A DNA stretch of 57,538 bases, the filler included, from Bipalium vagum (taxonomy: Eukaryota), in assembly GCA_037834085.1 (NCBI GenBank). It is 3 parts of 3 records of this genome, joined end to end, with 100 filler letters (N's around TTAATTAATTAA, not from the genome) between each part and the next. Parts side by side here need not be neighbours in the genome. Positions count along the whole stretch, not along the records: positions 16,032 to 38,512 come from JBBMKC010220907.1; 2 more parts are not named here. The stretch is one strand, 5' to 3'. The notes under the pieces are model-generated. The model was not told where the DNA came from and did not search any database. It saw only the letters and a program-made list of their open reading frames with translations. Within the stretch, counting starts at the first letter, position 1; each line of letters begins with the position of its first letter. The position numbers and the translations under genes were made by a program. Positions 22,701 to 35,304 of this stretch are shown piece after piece.

Positions 22701-25409
22701 TATCTATAGCAGCTGAACTAAATCGTATCACAGTTGTTATTATTATTCAATGGATAATCAAATCAACAGATAGATAATGCTGATTTATATTAGTTATACA
22801 CCCAGTCAATTTTCTGAATCAATTGGAGAGGCTTACATATACATTTCTAACACATAATTATACGCACTGGAATTTGCAATTGTTGCACATCATATTAATA
22901 CACTGGTATATTTTCATTCAAATTATTTTATTGTGATGGTATTATGAAATTACCAGGAAATCGAACAAAATGAACATATCTAATTCAATAAAAATTAACT
23001 TTTATGTAAAAAGCTTTTTTTTCTTTGAAAATGCGAAACCTTTCATAGTCATTTGAAATTTAAATATTTGATACATTAAGAATTTCAATATAGTTCTTAA
23101 GAATTTAAGTAAATATTTTGATATAAGAAACTCATGAGAAATTAGTTCGAAAATTTTTTTAAAATAAATTTTTGAGTTATTAAAAAATAATCCATATGTC
23201 TAAGTAAACTCAAAGGATTTCTTTGATAAAAGTAAATATTACTTAGATTTCGTATACATTTATTTATTTATTTGTTTTTATAAACTAATGATAATTTATT
23301 TATTATTTTTATAATTCTGCCTAGTTATGGCAAGATAGTTTTGAATTGGATAATCGAGATATGTAATAATTTTTAAGTCATTTATAAATTTTATAATTTT
23401 CTTGATTCAGTTGAGCTAGAAACTCGAAGTCAACAGTTTCCTGATAATAGCGTAATCTTCATTCAAGGAAGTTTTGTTGAAAAATATAAGGTTCTGCTTA
23501 AATTTTTTATAACTTATAGATTTTTTTTGATAACAAGATTTTTAAATTATTTGTAAATTTTTTTGTATGAATATCAGTTTTGCACTCTGTTAAATCTTTT
23601 AATTATGAATTCTGAATAATTTCAAATAATTAACTGATGATTTTCTAAATTAAAATAACGTAAATGTTCGAGTTTGAATAGGTTTATTGGTTATATGAAT
23701 AATTCATTTCATGTCTCAGGAGAAATGTACTTTATCGTCTTTATACTGTTACAAACGGAAATATGAACAATTTTTACTCAAACACCGTTCAGGGTCATGT
23801 CTAGTTTATCCAGACAAAATTTTGAATACATGTTTTCCCTATCTTATTGTTATTTATTGAAACAATTGTCTCAAAATATTAAAGGACAACATTTTATCAA
23901 TGTACAATGATAACAACTCTTTTCTGCGAAAAAATTCCTCTTAACGTTGAGATTTGGTGAAAAGAATTTCCCATTTCCATTTTGATGGTGAACATCACCA
24001 TTAAAGTATATACGAGAAATAATGTTCGATAGAAATCGGAGATGATAATCTGTTGGGTTTCATCAAACGAATATTCTGAGTGAGATAGAATCCAGATGAA
24101 TTTTCAGATCTTTTGTCGAAATAGGTAATTGGTTTCAAAATTCGTGTTTCTTTAATGAAATTAATGTTGAAAAAATAATTTTGGTCTTACCACAGAAAGA
24201 TTAGTGTGTTTTCGACATAGAGTAATAACATTTTGTTGATGTTTATCCTTTTCATTCTAAATTTTAGAGACCAATCTGGATAACTTTGAAAACCTTTCTT
24301 ATTTTATGCAAATGCTGGGACATTTTTGTTGCTTGGGCAACGCCCTTTTCATTTGTTACTCCTTTGACAGGATTTTTTCCTCAGGAATTTATATAGATAC
24401 TATTTGTCTATCTTGGATCCTCTATGGGAGGTAATACATCACATGTCGAAATTGTTTCTCATGGTTAGAGAAATTCATAATTATGAAAATATTAAACGTC
24501 CTCTGAAAACTTACTTCTCAATGCAATGGGAAAACTTTTTTTTCAAACTGACATCATTTTCATAAGCTGAATTAAAATTATTTTTAAACAATATACCCAA
24601 ATACTTATCTAAATTAATTTATTAGTTATTTTAAAATTGTTTATTTATTGCATATGTAGTGATACCGAAAAACTGACATATTTATACATCAACCAAATAA
24701 TATTTTAACGTTATACCCTAACATTTCATCAATTTATATAAACAAAAACTATAAATTTCCTAAAAGATTCAAAAAATCTAATAATACACCTTTAAATGTT
24801 AACTTTTGAATTATTTTTCGTTGGAGTAAATTGAAAATAATCGAAAGAATAAATTAAATACTTCATAAAGTAATCCTTATTTATCAATTCAAAGTAATAT
24901 AGGAAAGAGATATAGAAATCCTCAATTCTTTTCCTGAGTAGGACTACAATCGGGCTTGGTTTAATAAAGAAAATTGATAGACCATTCGAAATTAGTAATT
25001 TAAGGTAAGGTCTCTAAAAGAGACGATCAAAATCATTGAAAATGTACTTATCGCAAATATTGAACTTTTATGAATGTGTGCTAGTAGTGTGGAAATGGCT
25101 AATTGTGACCAACGCCCAAACTCTAAATATGGTTTTTCAATTTTATGAATTTTATGATTTTATGAATACTGAATGGCAAATACAGAATATCCAATAAAAT
25201 AATTTGGTAATATTTTTTTTCAATGTGGAATATCGAAATCGAATAAGCCAAATTTGATTTTAATTTTTTCAATATTATGAATACCAAATTTTTATAAATT
25301 TTTGATTTTACAAATTTTAAAATTTCATAAATTTTTAATTTTATGAATTTCAATGAATTTTTAAATTTATTAACTCATTATTTTTTACGTATTAAACATT
25401 TTATTATAA

Positions 25410-27585
25410 AAATGATTGAAACCAGAGGATTTATTTTGTATTGAATGTAATAAAAATGTTAAATCTAAAACAGCATTAATTTCTCATTAAAAATCTAAAA
25501 ATCATAATGAAACTTTAAATAAAATTAATAATAATTTTAAGGAACTGCCTGAAAATGATTCTATATATATAAATGAAATGAAATTTGGAGATAAATTTGA
25601 AAAATATAGTTATAAATCAAAAAATTCAATAAAATAGAATTATTTAAAAATATTCAAGATAATAATAAAAATTTTTATTTTTCAACATGAATAAATACAT
25701 AATTATTATTTTAAATATATTAAAATAAATTTAACAATAATTAAACAATAAATATAGTTTCAGATTTTTATTAAATGTAAATTCATTCACCCATTCAAAA
25801 TTTATTTAGAAACAAATGAAAATAAAATATTAATAAATCAATTTTTTTCACAAACAGAAAAATAACAAAAGATCAAATAAATAATACAGTTCCATTTCAC
25901 TTAGAAAAATTAAATAAGTATATAGAAGAAAAAGAACAAAAAGAATCTGAATGGAAATTAGATAAAATAATATCTATACAATTAGACTTATTTAAATATC
26001 AAAGTTTAGTAGGATCATCATATATAAAATTGCCATTCAAATCACAATATAATAAATGTTAAAAAATAATTATAATAAATGTTTTGTTTATTCTGTAATT
26101 GCTTATTTACATTCATCAATTGATCATAGCAATAGAGTAGGAATTTATATGAAATCAAATTACTCTGAATTATTCAAATCAAGATATTTTCAATTTTATG
26201 GAGAACATGTTTTAGATGAATTTCTTAAAACAATAAATGAAATAAATAACTTTTAACTTCAATAGTGATTATTATACATAAAATAATTATATCTGAAGAA
26301 GAAAAATTAATTATCATAAATCAAAAAGATATTATTGTAATAAACTTTTGAATGAAACAAAGTAAAAGACCATGATCATTTAAATGGAATATATAGAGGA
26401 ACAGCTTATAATAACTGTAATATAAATTATAAATCTTAAAGAAATTTTTTCATTTCATATTATTTTCATAAAGGAAAATTGGATATGATTTTCCTATAGT
26501 TTTCGAAGAATTAATGACAAAATATCAAGATGATATAAAAAGATAATTCCACATAGAGATGAAGATTATATAAGTTTCAGTTATAAGAATATAAAATTTT
26601 TAGATTTGTTAAGTTCCTACTAAAATGATTTTATGGGGTTAAAAATATCGAAAATGGTCGGTAGAAACTCAATAAAATAATTTCAAATCTAAAGGCTTTA
26701 TGAAGTTCAATTCAGAACAATAAAGAATTTTAAAATAAAAGCAAAATCAATCTTTATTAAATATTTTTATATGTAAAAATTGAGGATGAAAATTTAGTTT
26801 AAAAGAGAAACTCTGATATCCTTTCACAGTTATCCTGTAATTTTTGGAAAGAAAATGATTATAATTATTTTATTAATGAATATAAGAATTTTAATAATTT
26901 TCAAGATTATACGTTTTATTATTTGAAATTAGATGTTTTAATTTTAGCAGATGTTTTTGAAAATTCTAGAGAAACATGTTTAAAATACTATGACATAGAT
27001 CCTTATTATTATTATTCAGCTCCAGGTTTAAGTTGGAATATAGGATCAAAATTAACAAATTTAAAACTGAAATCTTTTAAAGCACATACATATAATCATT
27101 TATTATTAATTGAAAAAGGAATGAGGTGAAATTTCCTCTGTCCATGGAAATAGATATAATAAATTAAAAAATAAAATAACAAATACAGATTTTGATTATT
27201 CTTATGAACCGTCTAAATATAAATAGAATGAAGCTATAAATGATTTTAATGATTATAATGCTAATAGTTTATATTCTAGTTGTATGACAAAATTTTTACC
27301 GACAGGGGAAATGTATGATGATGAAAATTCAATTTATAAATGAACTAAAATTATAGATATATTTGTGTAGTTTATTTAGAATATCTATCTGAAATAAAAG
27401 AGAAAAGAAAATACTTTCCCATATGTCCAGAAAATTTAAAGTTAATTCTTTTTTAAATAATTATCAAATTAATAATAAAATATATATAAGCAAATATATT
27501 ATATATTCTTCAAATATATCAATATATATGCTTTTTATTGTTATTCAGCTCCAGGATTAAGTTAGGATACAGGATTAAAATTTAA
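25410..27585 (+). mobile_element. Polinton/Maverick-type protein-primed family-B DNA polymerase fossil
   Basis: Ordered motifs: C2H2 finger CIECNK...H*KSKNH; ESEWKLDKI...GSSYIKLP; NKCFVYSVIAYLH; endonuclease VII-like KDHDHLNGIYRGTAYNNCN; YISF...KFLD; YLKLDVLILADVFENSRETCLKYYDIDP...SAPGLSW; motif A NANSLYSSCMTKFLPTG; FPICPEN. Many stops, frameshifts and deletions. Confidence 0.85.
26607..26828. mobile_element. Short LTR-like insertion (TGTTAAG...CACA) within the PolB fossil
   Basis: Interrupts the PolB frame after KFLD. First ~55 nt resemble 31347 onward (TGTTAAG.TCCTA...GGTTAAAAATATCGAA). Confidence 0.45.
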
Positions 27586-29329
27586 TTTAGCAATTATTAT
27601 TATTTATAACTATATTTGAAATTTATAATTTTATGCATAAAATTTAAATAAAAGTAGTTTAAGATTTTTATTTCAATGTTTATTTTGTGTAAACGGTTTG
27701 GATGAAATCTAGAGTATACAAAGTTTAAACTGTTTGAATAAAAAATAGAACACAATCTAATATTTTTGTGTCTATTGGCTCATTAATATAGATTTTTATT
27801 TTTTCAAATTTAAAAATAAATTAAACTATAATGTATTGTTTCAAAAATAAACTAAATATTCACCAATTAAGTCAAAAGGAATTAATTATTTAAAACAATA
27901 TTTTACTAAAAATAATAAATTAAAATTTTTTTACATATATCTTCCTAATTATATCTTTTGATATATAATTTTTTATGTAAAATCTAATTTAGTAAGTTTT
28001 ACTTAGTATAGTTTTTTACGACATTTTTGGTATTTTTTCTTTTAATTTATGTACAATAATAATAATAATTATTATTTATTTATATTTTATTTAATTTTTA
28101 ATGTATATTCAATTTTCGGGAAAGGATTCTTTTGACATGAAATATAGAAAAAATAAACACAACTAATAAAATAAATAAAATTTTTATTAATTGATCAAAT
28201 AATAATGTTATTGGTGCACAAAAATATCATATTGTCATTTGGGATTTTTGGATAGATTTTTGAATGGTTTTGGGAGTCTCCACATTATAATTAAATAATA
28301 AAGGCGGTCAAAGTTGTGCTAAAAATAAACAAATTTCATAGAAACATAACAAACTATCATACTGATTTTTAATACACAACTGTTATAATTATTTTGAGGT
28401 TGCTTCTTTAAAAAAAATCTAAAAGTTTGGATGTTTTTCCGCAAAATCATAAAATCTTATAAAAAATAAATGTAGGATTATGAAAAATCAAATCCATTAT
28501 TTTTAAAATAAAATATAAAATGTTTCATTTGTTTAAACATTATCCTTGTATATAATATAAGTAGTATGATAAAACAGACTTTGAGGACAGAACCACAAAA
28601 CCTGCTTTTCACTCGCTATGCTTTTTCAACAATGAAAATTGAGTTTAAAATAATTGGGCATACTTCTCTTTTTATTTCATTTTCACAAAGTCTGGTTTAT
28701 CATACTACTACATAAAAATCTTTATTTATTTTTACTTAATTTTTTTAAAATTTACTTTTTAAATAGACGCATTTTAATAATTTCAATAATCAAAAAAGAA
28801 AAAAATTGTTCAAATTTATTGAAATGCATTTTAAAATTTTTTAAAATTTTTAACTTTATTTTTTATATTTTTATAAAAAACTATAATGAAGAAAAAATAT
28901 ATTTTCTCTTTAAAAATGAATTCTCTCTTTGCTATATTTGTCAAAAAGACTGCAGGACACTTGCAGGTTAAATATCTCAAAAAGTTAAACTTTAGTATAG
29001 ATTATAGTATAAGTTTAAAAAATTCTAAAAGTAAGTTAATTTTTTCGAGACATTTTACAAATAATAATAATAATAAATCTTATTTAAAAGGTTCAAGAAA
29101 TAACTGTTCTCCTTATTTTTTAATTTTATCTTTACATATTTTTTTAATACTTAAATTTTTTCGGATTTATTATAGTTTAGGTGCCTAAAAAATATTTTTT
29201 TAAATTAATTAATTAAATCAATTAAGTAATATTTTTGAAATCTAAAATTTTTAAATTTTATTCTAAAATACCTAAATAATAAGGTAATTTGAGTATTATT
29301 ATAAGAAATAGAATGTTAAATAAAATAAT

Positions 29330-30080
29330 TTAGATGTTTCCATCAATATATGAATTAAACTCAATATTTTTTGATGAAAGCCATTGTGTCAAATTTTTGC
29401 TGCACCTGTTGTCCCAGTATAAAGAGAGCAATCCCCAAACCCCGAATGACAGAAGATAGGAAGTATTAGTCGGCTCTGTCTTCATCCTGGATACTGAAAT
29501 TTTGGGTACTAAAAGCGTCTTCTGCTGAGAATAGCCAAAATACAAGAAAGAACCACTGTTATGGTTTCTTGTAGTGCTACATCCTCAGCTGTATTAATTA
29601 GAGTGATAAATGATGCATGAACATTTGTTTCAATTTAATTTGGGTAGATGAATCAACAAGATTTTTGCCAAGGGCTCCACAAAATCCTGATAGAAGTTGG
29701 ATATTTCAGCATGATAACTGTTCCATTGAAAAGCTTTTCAAATAAGGCTTAGTTGAGAACGAAAAATGTTAGGGTTGTTGATTAGGTATCATATATCCCT
29801 GGTGCTAACCCGATATGAAGCATTTGGGCCATTGCACCCATTAGTACTTACACAGAGAATGTCATCAATTCTCAAACGTTGACCACCTGAAAGAAGCAGT
29901 CACACAGGAATTGGTGCAAATATTCACCGAAGTGCTCCAAAAAGTCTATATAAAAATAAAGAATGCAAAGATTTTTACCAAAATGGAAAATTTATTAATT
30001 AATTTTCATTGAAAAAAATTTTAATTTATTTTCACAATATTCTTTTATGAATTTAAACAATTACGGCTAGGATTTCAAAC
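29330..30080. mobile_element. Tc1-like fragments on both strands
   Basis: Plus strand WIFQHDN (~29698) and PGANPI*SIW (~29800). Minus strand ORF 29330..29545 has VWG...DN....TQWLSSKNI. Confidence 0.55.
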
Positions 30081-31107
30081 ACGCATTTCTTTTATTTTAC
30101 TAATTTTTATTATTTGTTTATTATTAATTATAATTCTATCTAAAAATAAATTGATTAAATCTAAGTTAAATTAATTTTGAGAATAAAATTATAATTCACA
30201 ACCGTTCCAGTTAATAAACCACAAAAATATTAATTAAAAATAACAATCAATGGTAAGTAAAATTAAATTACTTAAATATTAGAACCAATTGTCAGAATGT
30301 TAGAAAAAAAATGTAAATAATGATTTTAATTAAAAGAGTATAAAAATTGAAATTAAACAAAGAAAATATGAAATAAGATCTTTCCGATTTGACTTATATT
30401 TCTATATTTCCTTCTAAGGTAAAATAATTTCAAAATATCTTTATTTAATCTTCAGTTAATCTTGAACTATTTTAATGATTCTGTGCCTACTTGTGAAATT
30501 TTAAGAAAAATGATACTATTATTGTTATTAATCTATTATTATAGTTATTATTATAAGATATATTAAGTGGTATCTATTCATGCTAACGGGGACTTTATTA
30601 CTAGCACTAAACCATTCCAATTCTCAGTAAGTCCCCTTGGTAAGCCTATCAATATCAAAATGATTTTTTTAGAAAAGTTATTTTGATTAAAACATTTTCA
30701 AGAAATATAAAAGATCTCGTTTGGTATACCTAAAATTAAACAATAAATATGGTAAATTAGAATATATAGAATAATTAATTTAAATTAAACCAATTTAATA
30801 AATAAATAATAATTTGGGAGTATGGATATTGGACTGGTAAATAAGTTCGTGCGCTTTTTAATAATGGAATTTCTATACAATTATTTTTCACAAAATATTT
30901 TAAATATTATATTAAATAGTTTTATTCGTGAATTCAATTAACAATATGAAAGACAAAAATTTACACTTTGCAAAATTTTTGTTATATTACCTTGAGTGTT
31001 ATTGATTAATTAATATGTGGGAATCACAAGCAGAAGCAAAAAGAAAGAGGAAGTAGCAGAATAACAGCGTTAAAATCAACATCAAATTGCAAAAATATTA
31101 AGCATAT

Positions 31108-31337
31108 CCACTTGGTCATCATCAGAAGTTGATTGTCGGAGAAATCTAAGAGTCTAAAGATAAAAATTTTAAATTAATAAGTAATAAGATAATTAATAAA
31201 ATTACTTGTTCTCAAGGGATCTAAAAAAAATAATAAATAAGTTATTTAACCTGTGCCTGTCAATTATTTAAAACTGTAAATAAATAAATGAAACTCAATA
31301 GACATAAAACTTTACCAACAGTCAAATTTCTGAAAGC
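31108..31337 (-). repeat. Micro-exon array copy B
   Basis: Exons 31337-31316 (22 nt), 31273-31251 (23), 31220-31206 (15) and 31153-31108 (46). GT-AG introns of 42, 30 and 52 nt. Last donor decayed to ATATG. Confidence 0.55.
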
Positions 31338-31346
31338 CTATATAAT

Positions 31347-31924
31347 TGTTAAGGTCCTAGAAAATTGAGTTGAATTTATTAGGTTAAAAATATCGAATGG
31401 GGACTTTAGGTAACTTAAAATATTTGATAATCAGGTTTTATAGAGTGTACTTCGGAACCAATAGGGACAAAAATAGTAAATGCTAAACAATAAATCAAAT
31501 TAAGAAAAAATCCATTAATGTCAAATACGTTTATTGATAAGCAATAAAAAAAATCAACATTTATTTCAATATACATCTTTTTTCTTCATCATTCATTGTT
31601 ATTTTTTTTAATTTTCATCGCGTTTTGTTTTACTGGAATCTTGTCAATCGTCTGTTTGTGTTCGTCTTTCATTGACTCGTCATTTCACCCGACTTCGGCT
31701 TGGTAGGGGTGCGCTATGAGAAATTAACATGAAGGAAATTTACTAAACTCTGCCCTTCATCGGCTGAGCAGTTTTTCGTCCCCCAATTCATCATATCCAC
31801 AAACACTTGACCTTATCTGACTCTAGAGGTTGTATTTCCTAATTCCTCCCTCACATCATCCTTTCGTATATTTCGAGAAAAAAACCCCTATACCTTAACT
31901 CAAAACAGACAAAACTATATCACA
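31347..31924. mobile_element. Solo-LTR-like element (TGTTAAG...CACA)
   Basis: TG..CA ends, shared start with 26607, AATAAA on the minus strand at ~31530, GC-richer core. No target-site duplication seen. Confidence 0.4.
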
Positions 31925-32159
31925 GAAAAATAAAATAAAGACTTAAATTATTTCTAGGATTATACTAAGCGTGTTGGAATGTGTGCATTTTTTTAGGACC
32001 TACCCCCTCTGAAAAGTTACATAAAAAATATATCCCACCACCATAAAAGTACCAAAATACTATAATAACCTTCTTAAACACAACTCTAAAAGCCAAACAC
32101 TAAGTACCATAAAAAATAAACACAATATTTCATTATCCTTATCCGTCTTTTTGCCATTA

Positions 32160-32475
32160 TACTATTGAGCCTTAGTATGGTTTTGTGGTCTCTGTGCAGT
32201 CTCCGTGAAACCTCACGTTGGAATAATCCAGCTTCAAGAATTCCAACAAGCCTTCCTTTTTCAAAATCATCAAGCTCATGATAAGTAACATTATCAGTCA
32301 TTTTATTATAAAATAAAACTAATGCTAAAACTGATAATAAAATCGAAAATAAATAAATATATAATTGATTTATCATTTATATATACTACGAAATATCTTG
32401 ATTAATAATTATTCATTATAACTATAATTTTTTTAAAATAATTATCAAGTTGAGGGATAATTTTGGCGCACAGTA
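32160..32475 (-). mobile_element. Tc1-like 5' end (terminus and HTH)
   Basis: ELDDFEKGRLVGILEAGLFQREVSRRLHRDHKTILR; terminus TA-TACTGTGCGCCAAAA on the minus strand. Confidence 0.8.
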
Positions 32476-32477
32476 TA

Positions 32478-33345
32478 TTTCAGGCTACTCAGGTGATAAG
32501 TATTAAGGATAAAGAACATTCCTCAGAAGATTATTTCCTCCAAAATACAGTGAGCAGTGGATATTGTATTATTTCCTCATCTTTGGTTAGTTCATTCTGG
32601 AATGGATGATTATTGGATCCATGATCAATCGGGAGGGGATAAGTGCTCCGCGATTGAGTCCGCATTACCTCGGGGTGCTCATATCGCAAGCGTAATAAAT
32701 CCTAGGCATTACTGCAAGACCAGGACTGGATTAAGGTGATAAAAATACCACACATGACTCGCAAAATGGCTGATTCCGGATGCTCAAATCCGGAAATCAA
32801 TTCCATTTTGCTGCCAACTGACTTACAGGGCTCAGTTCGTGTAGTCAGCGCATGTACTGGGTTACTGTGATCAGTGAGTGACCTCAGTAAATCCTGAGGC
32901 TTATTGCAGGATTAGGGCTGAGTAAAAATGCAAAATAGAAAGCAATAAAATAAATAATAATAGTAAAAGCTGGATCCAAACTGTGCAAGATTGTTTTCGA
33001 TACTTGGGGCTCTAGACAAGTCTGCTAGTTCCTGAGATCTGGGACTCAATCCAGATGCTCAGTGCCGGTATTAACCTACGGAGATGACAGCATAGGTTCA
33101 ATAAACCTTGTGGATAACTATAACTGCAGGATCGCGGCTGGGGTCCAAAAAGTAAGTAAACATAAAAACACGTACTTGAGGCCGTATTTGCATCCCCTTC
33201 GGCCACAAGGTATAGAACTGGCATCATTCCTTTAAACAAGAATGTTTTCCAACCGTTTATCCCTTGCCCAGGACGGGTGAGATTCGTACCTGGACAAAAA
33301 CTCACATGTGCAGAGTTTCGGATTAGGCCTATCCTCTGAGTGATT
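32478..33345 (+). mobile_element. Rearranged RLE-type non-LTR retrotransposon fragments (CCHC/C-terminus/3'UTR, then RT thumb)
   Basis: GC-richer island. DKCSAIES/(frameshift)RITSGC resembles C-x2-C..E..HI.SGC. LQGSVRV precedes TGA at 32868, followed by AATAAA and a TAA-like tail (~32945-32965). Then VPVLTYG...YNCRIAAGV...YLHPLRPQGIELASF at 33029-33234 resembles the thumb motif P.L.Y...D..IR..V...LH.P...GGLGL.S. Confidence 0.5.
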
Positions 33346-33364
33346 GTCGTAGATGTATTTCTAC

Positions 33365-33600
33365 ATGTTTTTGAAACAAGTGGTTTATAGTGATGAAAAA
33401 TGGATTGACTACGGCAATGTTCGTTAAATATCATGCGTAAATTGCCAGCCACAAAATTTATCAAAGGCAGAATTGAGCCGAAAGAAGATCATGCTTTCTG
33501 TTTGGTGAGATTTCAAAGGTATTTTATCATCTAACGATTAATTCAGATGTGTTCTACTTGAAATTAACCAAGTTGAACAATGTAAGGCACCAAAAGCATC
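33365..33600 (+). mobile_element. mariner internal fragment
   Basis: FLKQVVYSDEKWIDYGNVR and KKIMLSVW*DFKGI. Confidence 0.8.
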
Positions 33601-35304
33601 CAAAATAAGTGTGGAGAAAGAAGATATGAAATTTTTGGTCATCCTCTTCAATCAATTTATATTCAAAATTTTCAAAAGAAAAGAAAATTCAAAATTTTAT
33701 ATTTTTTACATTTTGATTTATGGTGTGATCTAAATTCATTATTTAAAAAAATAAAAAGTTCAAAATATAAAATGTTAAGTTTTAAATTTGATGCTAACCT
33801 TACAAAACTTAACGTGGCTCGTTTGTTAATATTATTATTTCAGAAGGATTTAGAGAGTGTAACGTTCGGTTTATGTGAAAGGTTGCGTTTGTTTATGTTT
33901 AATTTTTAAATCGACTGGGTAACTGTAATTTGCGTGTAAATGAAACAAAACCATTATTTGAAAGTGAATATTACCAAATGAAAAGTTTTAATCACTAAGA
34001 CAAAACAAAACAAATTAATATGATTTTGAAAAATTTATTTTAATATAGAATTAAAAGTAATTGATACTTAGTTTTAACAACTTTGTTGAACAAATAAGAA
34101 CAATATTATTATTAATGATAAGTCCGGGTTAAAATTCAAGATATCAGGTTATACTCTTTGCAATCTTAGCTTAAAGAGCCCTCGGAATAAAAAATCGCTT
34201 CTCCGTCCTACTTGACGTTGAGAAATCAAAAAGGTTATAGTGGAAAAACAATTAAAAAATATTTTGATGTTGAAAATACAATTGGGGATCTATCCAATTG
34301 TATAATTCCTGCTAATTTTAAAGATGATCGTAATATTCAACTTGAAATCAAATTGTTGTTAAATTGTTTAAAATTTATAAATATCAAAATAATTACTTAA
34401 GGATATTATATCTGCGGATTAGACTGTAATACTTCTGAATCGAAATATTGGTCTATTAATTTTCCTTCGGAAAGATTTTCGAGATTGTTCTTTTGGAATT
34501 TTCCTTTTGGAGACTTGAATCCTTGATTGTTCGTCTGAGTCCTTTTCCTCTTCTGTTTATTCAATTGGTTTCTTTATCGTCGTTCTTTTATGATTCCTTT
34601 TCGGTCGTTTTCCTCCTCTGTGAATTTATAATTTCCTTTTCGGTGATTATCGTTCTTTTTTTCCCTTCCTTTTTATTATTTTTGTCCAAATTTATATAGT
34701 TTTTCTTTTCTCTCTTTGTATCCGATTTCTGACAGTCTATTTGATATTCGATATTTTCGTTTCAAGAGAATTGTGCTTAAATGACTGGTTGGGATCCGGT
34801 TTCTGATTTGATGTATACTCTAGTTGACGTTGAATTAATGTCGTAATTATTTCTCGTTTTTTTCTGTCTTATAAGTATAGACGGTTTAATTTATATTAAA
34901 ATTTTTGGTCTTTAAATTATTTTGGTAATCTAAATTTACTAATTTTAATTTTTTATATATTATTTTTTACTATTTATTCGGTTATAGAATATTATTTTTA
35001 TTTTTAGTAATTATTTTTGTTGAACTTTCTAAATTTAGCATTATTTTAATTTAAGTATTACTTTTTATCAATATAATTTTTATTTTATTTATTTATTTTA
35101 TATTTTATGATTTATAGTTTCAGGACTTATCAATATTAATTTACATAATTTATTTTACATATATTTTACACACATGCAAAATAAAAAGCTTTTTACAATA
35201 TTTCTGTTCCATGCAAAAGGTAATGAAAAATCACACAAAGGAAATGGTTGACTGAATCACAAAAAATGTCTAGATTCATGAAAATGTTTAAAAGGTTTAT
35301 ATTT

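Noticed and set aside
33005-33012. TGGGGCTC as a tRNA-Pro primer-binding site
   Set aside because: Only ~8 nt match and no LTR ending in CA immediately upstream.
33077-33088. YGDD as the primary call of an RNA-virus RdRp
   Set aside because: No motif A, and no motif B at proper spacing; the VPVLTYG...YLHP...G..L.SF context fits a LINE thumb better. Kept only as an alternative.
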